Below are positions 15,967 through 26,293 of a stretch of DNA of 41,174 nucleotides, in pieces. The notes beneath the pieces were generated by a model. It ran no database searches and was not told where the DNA came from. It worked only from the letters and a program-made list of their open reading frames with translations. Positions within the stretch are counted from its first letter, which is position 1, and each line of letters begins with the position of its first letter. The translations under genes and the position numbers were made by a program. Source of the stretch: a virus (taxonomy: Duplodnaviria > Caudoviricetes); the IMG/VR virus record IMGVR_UViG_3300017650_000205, positions 1-41,174 of that record, one strand, 5' to 3'.

Positions 15967-17490
15967 ATGACCGATCTCGACCTGGCGCTGCGGCGTCCGG
16001 GACAAATCCTGCTGCTCGAACGCACCCATGCGCTGGGCCTTCTCGATCGCATGCTGACGGCCCAGCGCCCGGGGCGCGGGCTGATCGGCAACGCGCTGTC
16101 GGCGCTAGGGCTGCGCCCATCCGCCAGCAGCGATATCCCGGAACGCCCACAGGTGTTGAGTCTGCCATCGCTGCCCTGGGCCGAGACTGCCGAGCAGGGC
16201 GAGGGGTATCTGATCGTTGACGGCATTGCCGTAATGGACATTGCCGGGGTGATGACCCCCAACGGTCATTACGATTGGTGGGAAGATCGCTGGACGGGCG
16301 GGTATGCCCAGATCGGCGCGAGTTTCGCCGCCGCCGAGGAGGACGACCGGGTGCGGGCGATCTTTGCCCGGGTCAATTCGCCCGGCGGGTTGGTCGATGG
16401 GTGTTTCGATCTCTGCGATCAGCTGGCCGCGCGCGCCAAACCCTTTCACGTCCATGCCCATATGGCCTGCTCTGCGGCCTATGCGCTGGCCTCGACCGCC
16501 GACCGGATCGACGCGCCGCGCGAGGGGGATGTCGGGTCGATCGGGGTTCTGATCACCCATTACGATATTTCCGACATGCTGGCCGAATGGGGCATCAAGG
16601 TCGAGGCCATCCAGTCGGGCGCGCGCAAGACCGATGGGGCCGAATGGAAGCCGCTGTCCGACGATGCCCGTGCCCATCTCAAGGGCGTTGTCGATCAGAT
16701 CGCCCGGCGGTTCGTAGCGACGGTCGCCGATGGGCGTCCGATGACCGAAGACCAGATTCGCGCCACCGAAGCGCGCTGGTATCTCGCCGAACACGATGAC
16801 CCCGACATGAGCGGGCTTGCCCTCGGCCTAGTCGATGGCATCGCAACCGAACGTGCGGCCTTTGCCGCGCTGCATCAATCCCTCGACACATCGGGGGCAC
16901 CGGCGGCAGGGGCCGCTATTACGACAGAAGAGGAAGCAGATATGTCTCTTGCAGACCAGATTGCGGCCCTGCGGTCGAGGGCCGCCAGGGGCGACGCTGC
17001 CGCCAGGCGCCAGCTCAAATCGCTTGGCGTCCGGCTTCGGGCGGAAAAGGGCGACGACCCCGAATCCGAGACCGATGAGGACGATCGTGAGGCCGAGACC
17101 GAAGACGATCCGGAAGCCGAAACCGAGGACGAGGAAGCGGAAGGGGACGACGAGGATCCCGAAGCGGAAACCGAAGACGAAGAGGCCGAGGACGACGAGG
17201 AAGATCCCGCCGCCCATGCAACCGGAACGAAAGCCGGCTTTGCCCTGCTCGGCTGTTCCGAGGCCAGGGGGCGTGACGGGCTTGCACGGGAGCTCGGCCG
17301 CAAGGTCGGGGCCAAGAAACTGACCTATGGCGAGGCGCGCAAAATGCTAGCCGCAGCGCCCAAGGGATCGCGCCTGGGCAATGCCATGGCCGGGCGCGAC
17401 AAGAACCCCGGAGCCTCCCATGGCGGGGCGGCGGCCTCGGCCAGGGGGCTCGCCTCGGCGGTCGATCGGTTCAACGCCCGCCGCAAATAG
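15967..17490 (+). CDS. S49 head maturation protease with C-terminal scaffolding domain (gpC/Nu3-like)
   Basis: NSPGG, ACSAAYALAS and VGSIGV motifs; acidic C-terminal region; internal RBS and ATG at 16942. Confidence 0.9.
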   Translation: MTDLDLALRRPGQILLLERTHALGLLDRMLTAQRPGRGLIGNALSALGLRPSASSDIPERPQVLSLPSLPWAETAEQGEGYLIVDGIAVMDIAGVMTPNGHYDWWEDRWTGGYAQIGASFAAAEEDDRVRAIFARVNSPGGLVDGCFDLCDQLAARAKPFHVHAHMACSAAYALASTADRIDAPREGDVGSIGVLITHYDISDMLAEWGIKVEAIQSGARKTDGAEWKPLSDDARAHLKGVVDQIARRFVATVADGRPMTEDQIRATEARWYLAEHDDPDMSGLALGLVDGIATERAAFAALHQSLDTSGAPAAGAAITTEEEADMSLADQIAALRSRAARGDAAARRQLKSLGVRLRAEKGDDPESETDEDDREAETEDDPEAETEDEEAEGDDEDPEAETEDEEAEDDEEDPAAHATGTKAGFALLGCSEARGRDGLARELGRKVGAKKLTYGEARKMLAAAPKGSRLGNAMAGRDKNPGASHGGAAASARGLASAVDRFNARRK

Positions 17491-17510
17491 CCTTTTCGCA
17501 CTCCCGCTCT

Positions 17511-17545
17511 GACCCGCCCCGCGCGCTTGCCGGGCGGGTCTTTTG
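17511..17545 (+). terminator. Terminator-like hairpin inside the late operon
   Basis: GACCCGCCC...GGGCGGGTC followed by TTTT. Confidence 0.55.
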
Positions 17546-17571
17546 TGTTCATCACCACAAGGATTGACGCC

Positions 17572-18252
17572 ATGCTTGGCAAATCGTTTTCGGTCGCAGC
17601 CCCCAAGCTGCAGACCGCTTTTCTCAAATTCGAGGTTGACCCCCAGTTCACCCGCGAAACGCTGCCTGTGCTGGCCGGTACGCTGGCAAAACGCAGCATC
17701 GAGATCGGCACCCCGCTGGGGCTTGCTGCCAGCGGCGATCCCAGTGTTCTCGCTGTCGCGGATAATGTCGGCAACGGGGTCCTGACCCTCGCTGCCCCGG
17801 CTTTGGCAACGGGCGTGGTGCCCGGCATCTACCGGGCTGTGTGCACGGCAACGGATGCCGATGGCGGCACATTCGAGGTGTTCGATCCAGCCGATGTTTC
17901 CGTCGGGACTGCCGAGGTTGGCGATCCCTTCGATGGGGTTGTCAAATTCACCATTGCCGATGGCGACGAGGATTTTGCCGAGGGCGACACCTTCGAAATC
18001 CGTGTGCCGATCGGCACCATGGCCAAGGAATGGGACCCCGAAGCCACCGATGGCAGCCAGATTTTCCATGGCTTTGCGCTGATGCGCGCCAGTGCGCCGG
18101 TTGGCCAGAACAGCGCGGTGCTCGCCCTGGAATGCGGCCCGGCGATCGTGCTCGAAGACGAGATCGTCTTTCCCGCCGATCTGCCTGCCGAGCATCGCGC
18201 GGCGCTGATCGCAGCGGCTTTGGCCAAGGGCATCAAGGTCCGTCGCGGCTGA
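17572..18252 (+). CDS. Head decoration protein (gpD-like)
   Basis: Between protease and capsid genes; WDPEATDGSQ motif; C-terminal KGIKVR. Confidence 0.8.
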   Translation: MLGKSFSVAAPKLQTAFLKFEVDPQFTRETLPVLAGTLAKRSIEIGTPLGLAASGDPSVLAVADNVGNGVLTLAAPALATGVVPGIYRAVCTATDADGGTFEVFDPADVSVGTAEVGDPFDGVVKFTIADGDEDFAEGDTFEIRVPIGTMAKEWDPEATDGSQIFHGFALMRASAPVGQNSAVLALECGPAIVLEDEIVFPADLPAEHRAALIAAALAKGIKVRRG

Positions 18253-18329
18253 TCCCGCGACGGCTCACCGGGCGGTCCGTCGCGATCAGCCTTTCGCTTT
18301 TTTCCTGATGAGAAAAGGACCGTTGAAAA

Positions 18330-19388
18330 ATGGATCCGCAAGATTTCAACTTTCCCTATACCGCGACGGACCTCACCGAACAGGTCAATCGCATCCCCAA
18401 TTCCTTCGGCCTGTTGCGGGCCATGGGGCTGTTCGACACCGAAGGGGTGATTTCCACCCTTGTCGAAATCCGGCTCGAGGACGGCATTCTGCGCGTGTTG
18501 CCCGCCAAGGAACGGGGCGCTCCGGGCACGCCGGCGGGCCGCGAGAAGGGCAAGACCATCTTCATGGAAGTGCCCCACTTCCCCCATGACGATCTGATCA
18601 CCCCGCAGGATATCCAGAACCTGATGATCCTTGTGGGGCGCGCCAAGCGTCCGGCCACCCTCGACGATGAGATGGTCAAGCGCCTCGCCAATATCCGCAA
18701 CAATCACGACATCACGCTCGAATATCTGCGGATGTGCGCGCTCAAGGGCGAGCTGCGCGACGGCAATGGTGTTCTGCTCTACGACCTTTACGAGGTGTTC
18801 GGGCGGACCAAGAAGACCGTCTATTTCGACCTCGCCAATCCCAACACCGATATCATCTCCAAATGCGATGAAGTGTTCGGCCATGTCGCCGACAATCTGC
18901 GCGGCGAGACCATGTCGGGCGTCGAGGTTCTGGTGTCGCGCGAGTTCATCAACACCTTCATCCAGCACCCCAAGGTCGAAAAGTTCTGGCTCGGCCACCA
19001 GGAAGGCATCCAGGCCATTGCGCGCGCCGAGCGTGAGCGGTTGGGCGGGCAGTGGGGCCGGGTGTTCGAGTTCCACTCGATCCTGTTCCGCGAATATTAC
19101 GGCTCGGCCCCGGTGCGCAACGCCAACAACGAAGTGGTCAATGAGCGCTTCATCGCGCCGGGCATGGGCCATGGCTACCCGATCGGGACCATGGACACGT
19201 TCAAGACCTGGTTCGCGCCTGCCGACGACGTGCGGTTCGTCAACACCATCGGCGAGGAAATCTACATTTCTCCCGAAATCCTCAAGCACGGCAAGGGCAT
19301 CGAACTGCACTCGGAATCCAATCCGCTGGTGGTGCCCAAGCGCCCCGAAGTGATGGTCGAGATCTCGGCTTCTGCCGGACCGAACTAG
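18330..19388 (+). CDS. Major capsid protein, lambda E family
   Basis: LTEQVNRIP, PHFPHDDLITP, LEYLRMCALKG and ESNPL motifs. Confidence 0.93.
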   Translation: MDPQDFNFPYTATDLTEQVNRIPNSFGLLRAMGLFDTEGVISTLVEIRLEDGILRVLPAKERGAPGTPAGREKGKTIFMEVPHFPHDDLITPQDIQNLMILVGRAKRPATLDDEMVKRLANIRNNHDITLEYLRMCALKGELRDGNGVLLYDLYEVFGRTKKTVYFDLANPNTDIISKCDEVFGHVADNLRGETMSGVEVLVSREFINTFIQHPKVEKFWLGHQEGIQAIARAERERLGGQWGRVFEFHSILFREYYGSAPVRNANNEVVNERFIAPGMGHGYPIGTMDTFKTWFAPADDVRFVNTIGEEIYISPEILKHGKGIELHSESNPLVVPKRPEVMVEISASAGPN

Positions 19389-19459
19389 GCGGGCAAAACG
19401 CGATGAGCAGGGGCGCCATTGGCGCCTCTTAACGTTTTTCGAGAAGGTGAGACAGATCG

Positions 19460-19927
19460 ATGGAAGACCTCAAGATCATCAAGGGAATCGGGCCGGCTCA
19501 TGCCGAGGCCCTGGGCAAGCTGGGCATCGCCACCATTGCGGCGCTGGCCGCGATTACCGAGCCTGACAAATTTGTCGATGCAGCACTGTTCCGGGCCGAG
19601 GATTTGGCCGGCTGGATCGAAGAAGCGCAGAAACGTGTCGAGGATTCCGCCTCAGAGGAGCAGGGTGAGCCGCCGGCCCAGACCGATGCCGCCGGCGAAG
19701 AGGGCAAGAGGCCTGCAACGCGCAAGCGGCGCGCAAAGTCCAAAAAGCCCAGCGGGCCGCGTCGGTCGGTGGTGCTGCTGGTCGATGACAAGCAGCACGG
19801 ATCCCGGGGCACCATCGTCAGCATCGAGGCCGATGCGGCAGATGGGTTGCGGGCTGAAGGCAAGGCGCGGCGGGCAACGCTCGACGATTTCCGCACAGCC
19901 GGAAAACTGCAACGGGCAGGCGGCTAG
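19460..19927 (+). CDS. Helix-hairpin-helix (DUF4332-like) protein at the gpFI position
   Basis: DLKIIKGIGPAHAEALGKLGI HhH motif; basic linker. Confidence 0.7.
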   Translation: MEDLKIIKGIGPAHAEALGKLGIATIAALAAITEPDKFVDAALFRAEDLAGWIEEAQKRVEDSASEEQGEPPAQTDAAGEEGKRPATRKRRAKSKKPSGPRRSVVLLVDDKQHGSRGTIVSIEADAADGLRAEGKARRATLDDFRTAGKLQRAGG

Positions 19928-19930
19928 GCC

Positions 19931-20248
19931 ATGCGCCGCGATCTCGTCCTCGACAGCTACCAAACGATCCGTGAGGAGCTGTTCGAGGACGTTGTCTATA
20001 CCCCGGTCGGAGGCGAGCCAGTGGTGCTGCACCATGCCATCGCCGGCATCGAGCCGCGCTCGGAGCGCTTCGAGGTGTTTGGCGAAAAGCTGCGGACGGC
20101 GAGCCATCTAACCCGGGCGGCGCGGGCGGCCTTTCCCGATTTGCGGCGCGGAGACATCATCGATGATGGCGCGCGCTGGCAAGTGATCGATTTCGAATTT
20201 GCCGGGGATGGGCGGGTGGAAATCGTCATGGCGCTGGTGAGGATCTGA
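19931..20248 (+). CDS. Head-tail joining protein (gpFII-like)
   Basis: Size and synteny; C-terminal LRRGDII..G..WQV. Confidence 0.65.
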   Translation: MRRDLVLDSYQTIREELFEDVVYTPVGGEPVVLHHAIAGIEPRSERFEVFGEKLRTASHLTRAARAAFPDLRRGDIIDDGARWQVIDFEFAGDGRVEIVMALVRI

Positions 20249-20895
20249 TGCGACTGGTTGCGGCCAATTTCGGAAAGCTCGAAGAGCAGATAGCGCATGA
20301 ACAAGCCGAAGCTGCCCGGGCGGTGACCTTTGGAACGGCCCAGGCGACAGAAGCGCTCAAGCTGCGCCTGCGCCAGCTGGTCCTTGCCAGCATGGGGTCG
20401 CGGCGGGTTGCCAATGCCTGGCGCAGTTCCATCTATCCGCGCCCGCCGGCGCGATCGCTGGGCCCCACCGGGCTGGTCTGGTCGAATGCGCCCCATATCA
20501 TCGAAGCATTCTCCCGGACCCAAATGGTCCGCAGCCCCAACGGGTTTTTTCTTGCCATTCCCAGTCCGGACGCGCCCAAACAGTACATGGGCAAACCGGT
20601 GTCGCCCTCGAATTGGAACGAGGAACGATACGGCCCCTTGCGGTTCGTTTATCGCCGCACCGGACCCTCCTTGCTGGTTGTCGATGCGGTTCGGCGTACG
20701 GCATCAGGGAAGATTTCGCGCCGTATCGCCAATGATGGGCTCACCAAAACCGGAAAATACCGCAAGGGGTGGAGCACGGTGGTGATGTTTTTTCTCGTGC
20801 CCTTTGTCCGGCTCAAGCAGCTTTGGGATCTGGAGCATGAATACCAGAAGGCGGGTGACGACATGATCCGGTTCATCATTGAGGCCTGGCAATGA
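20248..20895 (+). CDS. Neck/tail completion protein (DUF6441-like)
   Basis: ANAWRS.IYP, LVWSNAPHIIEAF and FFLVPFVRL motifs; synteny. Confidence 0.7.
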   Translation: MRLVAANFGKLEEQIAHEQAEAARAVTFGTAQATEALKLRLRQLVLASMGSRRVANAWRSSIYPRPPARSLGPTGLVWSNAPHIIEAFSRTQMVRSPNGFFLAIPSPDAPKQYMGKPVSPSNWNEERYGPLRFVYRRTGPSLLVVDAVRRTASGKISRRIANDGLTKTGKYRKGWSTVVMFFLVPFVRLKQLWDLEHEYQKAGDDMIRFIIEAWQ

Positions 20896-21341
20896 GATCG
20901 GTGCGAGAGCGGATTTTTGCGACGCTGCAATCGGGCCTTGCGGCCCCTGACCGGCCGATCCTGCGCAATGCGCCGATCCATGATCTAGGTGGGCGTTTTC
21001 TGTCGCTCTCGGATGGATCGACTGAGCTGATCGAGGAATATTTCAACCCCGAGCGCTTTGAATTTTCGCTGCGCCCGAAACTCACCCTGCTGGTGCTGAG
21101 CGCTGTGCCGGAAACCAGCTTTAACCCTGAAGATGCTGCGGCCCGTGATGAGGCCCTGGACGGGCTGATCGAGGCGATCAGCGTGGCCTTTTCTGCCATC
21201 TCGGACTGGCCGGATGAGGTGATGGACTGGCGCATGCTGCCACCCGAATTCACCACCCATGAGATCATGGGCGCCGCCGGCATGAAGGGCTGCGATATCG
21301 CCTTTGAGATCGACTACTGGAGCGACCGCCGCGAGGGCTGA
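20892..21341 (+). CDS. Tail terminator-like protein
   Basis: Synteny before the tail tube gene; RERIF...RDEALDGLI pattern. Confidence 0.65.
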   Translation: MRSVRERIFATLQSGLAAPDRPILRNAPIHDLGGRFLSLSDGSTELIEEYFNPERFEFSLRPKLTLLVLSAVPETSFNPEDAAARDEALDGLIEAISVAFSAISDWPDEVMDWRMLPPEFTTHEIMGAAGMKGCDIAFEIDYWSDRREG

Positions 21342-21403
21342 TCGCGGCGCTGCATATTCTCACCGGCATTGGGCCGGATGTTTTTTTCTGAAAGGATTGG
21401 ACA

Positions 21404-22384
21404 ATGACCAAACCGCGCGCGGTCGGAGCCGATGCCGTCCAGCTTATCGCCAGGGAATCTGACTATGGCACCGCGCCCGATGGTGTCGGCGGCGGAGTCT
21501 ATGCCCGTTTGCCCATGCGATCCTATGGGCTGTCGCCGGAAACCTCGCTCGAAGAGGATCCCACCTGGAACCGGGGCACCCCGGACGCCGGCGATCCGGT
21601 GGAAGGGCCGATCACGGTCTCTGACAACATGATCATGCCGGCCTGTTCACGCGCCATCGGCGCGGCGCTGGCGCTGATTTTGGGCAGTCCCGATACTGAA
21701 GATAATCAGGACGACACCTATACCCACGTTTTTGCCTCGGGCCAGGAATTGCCCAGCTTTTCCATCCAGACCGGCCACCCCAAACTGTCGGTGCCCAAAT
21801 GGCGGACGGTGCTCGGCGTCAAGGCCGGGGGCATCAATTTCGACATGAGCCGGACAGGGCGCGCGCTGCTGGAAATCCCGCTGATCGGGCAAAAGCAGAT
21901 CAAGGATCTGACCGGTGCGCGCGATGCGACGCCTCTCCAGTTCGATTATCTGCCGTTTGATAACATCACCGGCTCGATCACCGTCGATGGCGATCCGCTG
22001 GCCAGTGTCACCGCGGCGCGGTTCGCGTTCTCCAATGGGTTGGAGCCGGTCGAGACCATTCGCGCCGATGGGGTGATCGACGGGATCGACGAGGGCGAAC
22101 GGACGGCCTCGGGCTCTCTCGACGCACGGTTTGGTATCGACGCCACGCTTGAGGACCTGGCCGATGCCAAAACGCCCTGCGCGCTGCAATTTGCCTTTGC
22201 CCTGCGCCAGTACCCCACCCGTCGTCTGGTCTTTTCGCTGCCTCGGGTGTTTCTGTCCAATCCCAAAATCCCGATCACCGGGCCGGGCGGAATTTCGCAA
22301 AGCTGGCAATGGCGCGCGGCTCACGATGCCGATCTTGGCTATCTGCTCGGCGTCACGCTGATCAACGACGTTGAGGCGTACTGA
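21404..22384 (+). CDS. Tail tube (major tail) protein
   Basis: YTHVFASG..LPSFSIQTG and ITGPGGI motifs; synteny. Confidence 0.85.
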   Translation: MTKPRAVGADAVQLIARESDYGTAPDGVGGGVYARLPMRSYGLSPETSLEEDPTWNRGTPDAGDPVEGPITVSDNMIMPACSRAIGAALALILGSPDTEDNQDDTYTHVFASGQELPSFSIQTGHPKLSVPKWRTVLGVKAGGINFDMSRTGRALLEIPLIGQKQIKDLTGARDATPLQFDYLPFDNITGSITVDGDPLASVTAARFAFSNGLEPVETIRADGVIDGIDEGERTASGSLDARFGIDATLEDLADAKTPCALQFAFALRQYPTRRLVFSLPRVFLSNPKIPITGPGGISQSWQWRAAHDADLGYLLGVTLINDVEAY

Positions 22385-22806
22385 TGCGGATTTCGGTGCA
22401 ACCCTCCACAAGCCCGGTGGCCATCCCGCTCTATGATGGCGGGGTGGTGATGAGCCTGCCGGTCAGCTCGCCCGTCGTCTATGCGGCACGGGCGCGGGCC
22501 GATGCGCTGATCGTGGTGCTGTCGGAAAGCGGGGAGGCGGTGACCAGGGCCGGCGGACATGTGCTGGGCGTTCCCGACCTGTCCGACCCCATCGAGCGGC
22601 AGGGCGTCTGGGACGCGATGTTTGCCCTGTCGCTGGCCGAAATGCAGATCATCGGCTGGGACGGCATCGTGGACGAGGACGGAAAGGACCTGCCGTTCAA
22701 GGCGGATAACATCGTCCATCTGATGCTCGATGCCCGGGCGGCGGATCTGTATGTCAGCCAGGCCATGGCCCCTTATCGCAAGAAGGAAACGGAAAAAAAC
22801 GTCTGA
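22384..22806 (+). CDS. Tail assembly chaperone (gpG-like)
   Basis: IIGWDGIVDEDG motif; ends at the slippery site GGAAAAAAAC. Confidence 0.8.
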   Translation: MRISVQPSTSPVAIPLYDGGVVMSLPVSSPVVYAARARADALIVVLSESGEAVTRAGGHVLGVPDLSDPIERQGVWDAMFALSLAEMQIIGWDGIVDEDGKDLPFKADNIVHLMLDARAADLYVSQAMAPYRKKETEKNV

Positions 22807-23153
22807 CGGCCCTTGCCCATTGGCATTTTGGCAAGGGCCGTGGCGAGGATTATTGCGCCGGGTGCAAGGCGGCGGGCGAGGCCTGCGCCACCACAGCGCC
22901 CGGCAGCTGCATGTATGCGCGCAGCGCGCCGCAAACCGATGCCGGGCGGATGGCCTGGGGCCTGTTCAAGGATAATTGCTGGCGGGCTCGGGTGGCCGGG
23001 CTGGGCGCTGTCGTTGGCGTTGAACTCGACATGCCGATCGAGCAGCTGACCCAAGCCGGTGTCGGGCGCCCTCTGGCGCAGGATCTGCTAGTGGCCTGCG
23101 AGATGGGGTTCGTTGCGGCGGTGAACGAGAAGGATGGCGATGACCAAGGGTGA
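22800..23153 (+). CDS. gpT-like extension read by -1 frameshift (gpGT)
   Basis: The -1 frame is open from A AAA AAC (22794-22800): RLTALAHWHFGKG...KDGDDQG. Confidence 0.7.
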   Translation, partial: RLTALAHWHFGKGRGEDYCAGCKAAGEACATTAPGSCMYARSAPQTDAGRMAWGLFKDNCWRARVAGLGAVVGVELDMPIEQLTQAGVGRPLAQDLLVACEMGFVAAVNEKDGDDQG

Positions 23154-25365
23154 GAAAGAAGTCGGCATCCGCCTTTCCGTCAAGGACAAGGAGGTGGCGA
23201 CCCGCAGCCTGCAGCATTTCGGCAAGGAGGGGTCGAAGGCCCTTGAGGAAATCGAAAAGGCCGGCCGGCCCGCATCCGATAGCCTCAAACTCGTCAATTC
23301 GGCGGCACAGGGCGCTCAGGATTCGCTCAAGGGACTGGCCGGAGAGGCCGGCACGCTGGGGCGCCTCCTGTCGCGTGGCGGCCTGCTGGGGCTGGGTATC
23401 GCCGGGCTGATTGGCGGGTTGGTGCTGCTGGGCAATAAGGTGGTGGAGGTCTCCCGCGAGCTGCGCGAGATCGAGGAGGAGGCGCGCCGATCGGGGCTGG
23501 GCGTCGAGGCCTTCCAGGAAATGACCTATGCCGCCTCCCAGCTCAATGTCAGCCAGGACGCCGTCAAGGATGGCTTTCGTGAGCTCTCCATCCGGGCGGG
23601 CGAATTTGCCGTTTCCGGGGGTGGGGCGGCGGCAGAGGCGTTCCGCCAGATTGGCCTGTCCCAGGCTGATGTGCGGGAGGGTCTGAAAGACACCGAAAAG
23701 CTGTTCGATAACATCATCACGCGGCTGGGCGAATTCGGGCGTCCCGATCAGTTGCGGATGTCGGGGCAGATCTTCGGCGGGCAGGGGGGTGAAGAGTTCA
23801 TCTCCATGATCGATGCCGGGGCGGCGGCGATTGCCCGGTTTCGAGCCGATGCCCAAGAGCTCGGGATCGTGATGCACAAGGACATGTTTGAACGCGCGCG
23901 CGAGGTCGAGACCAAGTTCGCCACCGTTTCGAGGGTGATCGACACGCAATTGAAGTCTGCCTTCATGGAGCTGACCCCCATTATCGTGGAGACGGGAAAC
24001 TTCATCGTCTGGGTTGCCAGCGTCATTCGCGACATTGCCGACGCCATCGCCTTTATGCGCGGGGAAATAGACAAGCTTTCAACCCGGAATCTGGAAGTTC
24101 GGCTGATCCAGCTGGGTGGTGAGCGGGTGGAAATGGAGGGGGAGCTTCTCTCGCTGCAAACCGACGACTGGCGACCGGTTAACGATCCGTTCGGCACCGC
24201 CGGCGAGATCGCCGCCCAGGCCCAAACCAATCGCATGACTGCTCTGGAAAATGGCCTGAAGGCGATCGAGGAAGAAGAGCACCGGATCATGGCCATTCTG
24301 GAGGGCCGGGAGTCCGAGCGATCGGCACCGGTTACGGCTCCAACGCGTACAGCTAGTGCCGGCGGGACGGATGAACTGGCGCAGCAGGCAGAGCGCTTGA
24401 TCGAGCGTTTGCGCTCCGCCTCGGACGAATATGCGCGCACCATGGACCAGCTCAACGCCATGCTGGCGCGGGGGCTGATCGATCAGGAAACCTATAATCG
24501 CGCCGTGGCCGAAGCAGTGCTCAAGCGCGCCGAGGCGGTCGATACCGAGGCCGATTATGCCCATGCCCTCGCGCTGGTGCAAAAGGCGCTCGCCGACGGG
24601 ATCCTCACCGAAGCCCAATATACCGAGACCGTCGAGGAGATGACCCGGCGGCGGCTGGAGGCCCAGAACGATTGGACGGCAGGGTTCCAGTTCGGGATGT
24701 TGCGGATCGTCGAGCAGAACCGGGACCTGGCCGCCCAGGTGGGCGATGCCTGGGCCTCGGCGTTCTCCAAGGCAGAGGATGCGCTGGTTTCGCTGGTGAC
24801 CACCGGGAAAGCCGATGTGAAAGACCTCGCCAATTCGATCATTGCCGATCTGTTGCGGATCGCCATCCGTCAGGGGATCACCGGCCCGATTGCCGGGTTC
24901 TTGGGGAATATGTTTGGGGGCGGGGGTGCGGGCTTTGCCCCGATTGGCGTGCCGGTCGCTCACTCTGGATGGACGGTGGCTCGGGGAAACCCGCCCGCCA
25001 CGCGGGCTGCGCTGGCCGGGCTCGACCGGTTCCACATGGGCGGGCTCAACCGGCGCGAACGCCTTGTGGTTGCCGAGGAAGGGGAGGGCATTTTTACGCC
25101 GCGCCAGATGGATAATGCCGATGCGCTGTTTCGCGGGATGATGCGCGCCCTTGAAAGCGCGATTGGGCGCTCCGGTGTCCAGCAGGGCAACCGGGTGGAG
25201 ATCCACAATCACACCGGAGCCGAGGTGCAGCACGAAACGAGCACCGGTGCCGATGGCATCGATATCGACCGTGTCATTATCGGCACCGTCAATTCCGGAC
25301 TTGTGCGTGGTGATCTCGATGGATCGCTGCGCAGTGTGTTCGGGTTGAAGCGAGGTGGGCGCTGA
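23140..25365 (+). CDS. Tape measure protein
   Basis: ~740 aa Ala/Glu-rich helical protein; lambda-type C-terminus (KDLANSIIADLLRI). Confidence 0.9.
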   Translation: MTKGEKEVGIRLSVKDKEVATRSLQHFGKEGSKALEEIEKAGRPASDSLKLVNSAAQGAQDSLKGLAGEAGTLGRLLSRGGLLGLGIAGLIGGLVLLGNKVVEVSRELREIEEEARRSGLGVEAFQEMTYAASQLNVSQDAVKDGFRELSIRAGEFAVSGGGAAAEAFRQIGLSQADVREGLKDTEKLFDNIITRLGEFGRPDQLRMSGQIFGGQGGEEFISMIDAGAAAIARFRADAQELGIVMHKDMFERAREVETKFATVSRVIDTQLKSAFMELTPIIVETGNFIVWVASVIRDIADAIAFMRGEIDKLSTRNLEVRLIQLGGERVEMEGELLSLQTDDWRPVNDPFGTAGEIAAQAQTNRMTALENGLKAIEEEEHRIMAILEGRESERSAPVTAPTRTASAGGTDELAQQAERLIERLRSASDEYARTMDQLNAMLARGLIDQETYNRAVAEAVLKRAEAVDTEADYAHALALVQKALADGILTEAQYTETVEEMTRRRLEAQNDWTAGFQFGMLRIVEQNRDLAAQVGDAWASAFSKAEDALVSLVTTGKADVKDLANSIIADLLRIAIRQGITGPIAGFLGNMFGGGGAGFAPIGVPVAHSGWTVARGNPPATRAALAGLDRFHMGGLNRRERLVVAEEGEGIFTPRQMDNADALFRGMMRALESAIGRSGVQQGNRVEIHNHTGAEVQHETSTGADGIDIDRVIIGTVNSGLVRGDLDGSLRSVFGLKRGGR

Positions 25366-25724
25366 TGGAGATCTGGCCCGCCGATGTGCCCCATGAACCG
25401 CTCGCCAATTCCTTTCAGGGCGATGCCTTTCGCGCGCCACTCGCCACCGAAATGGAAGACGGGCCAATCCGTGCCCGACCGCGCTCGACGCTGAAAATCG
25501 CCACGCTGCGGTTCTCGATCCGGATGAGCAATGAGGCGTTCGACATCTTTGCCGCCTGGGTGGACGCCGATCTCGTCCAGGGCGTGCTGCCGTTTTCCAT
25601 GCCCGTCTGGAAGGGCGGGGCCTATGTGACGCGCACCTGCCGCTTGCGGGAGCCCTATCGGGACAACCCCGGTCATGGCCTGCGGCACCGGGTGTCTGTT
25701 GTGCTCGATGTCGAGGATTACTGA
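25365..25724 (+). CDS. Distal tail protein (gpM-like)
   Basis: TEMEDGPIRARPR motif; follows the tape measure gene. Confidence 0.7.
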   Translation: MEIWPADVPHEPLANSFQGDAFRAPLATEMEDGPIRARPRSTLKIATLRFSIRMSNEAFDIFAAWVDADLVQGVLPFSMPVWKGGAYVTRTCRLREPYRDNPGHGLRHRVSVVLDVEDY

Positions 25725-26293
25725 TGAGCGACTGGACCACTGCCTATGAGGAAGCGCTGGCCTCTGCGCCCGCCGATACGTTCATCATTTCCGGGCTGGA
25801 GCTGATCCATCCCCAGTTCGTCGATTTCGAAGACAATCAGGATTCGATCCGGATCGCGCTCGATGAGCGGGCCTGGACGCTGGAGCACGAAGCCATGGCC
25901 CCGCTGTTTGGCGGGAAGCAAAAGCGCTACGACCCGCTGGCCATGGATATCCGGCTACCCGAGCAGAGCGAGACCAGTTTCGGGACGCTGGAATTAAAGC
26001 TCGACAACGTCCCGCGCTCGATCTGGCCCTATCTGCAAAAGGCGGCGCGGGTGCGCGCTTCAGCCACGGTAATCTTTCGGCAATGGGTGGCGGTGCGCGA
26101 TCTGGGCACCGGTACCTATGCCTGCGACGGCCCGCCTGACATGATTTATGACCAACTGACCATGAAGGTGGTGCGCGCCACCCAGCTGCAGCTTTCGGGC
26201 ACGGCCGGCTTTGTGGATTTGCTCAACAAGGCCTTTCCGCGCCGCAGTTTTGACCGCGACAGCTTTCCGGGCCTGCACGGGGTGAGCACTTGA
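25724..26293 (+). CDS. Tail tip protein (DUF1833-like)
   Basis: LELIHP, LKLDNV and LLNKAFPRRSF...FPGL motifs. Confidence 0.7.
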   Translation: MSDWTTAYEEALASAPADTFIISGLELIHPQFVDFEDNQDSIRIALDERAWTLEHEAMAPLFGGKQKRYDPLAMDIRLPEQSETSFGTLELKLDNVPRSIWPYLQKAARVRASATVIFRQWVAVRDLGTGTYACDGPPDMIYDQLTMKVVRATQLQLSGTAGFVDLLNKAFPRRSFDRDSFPGLHGVST

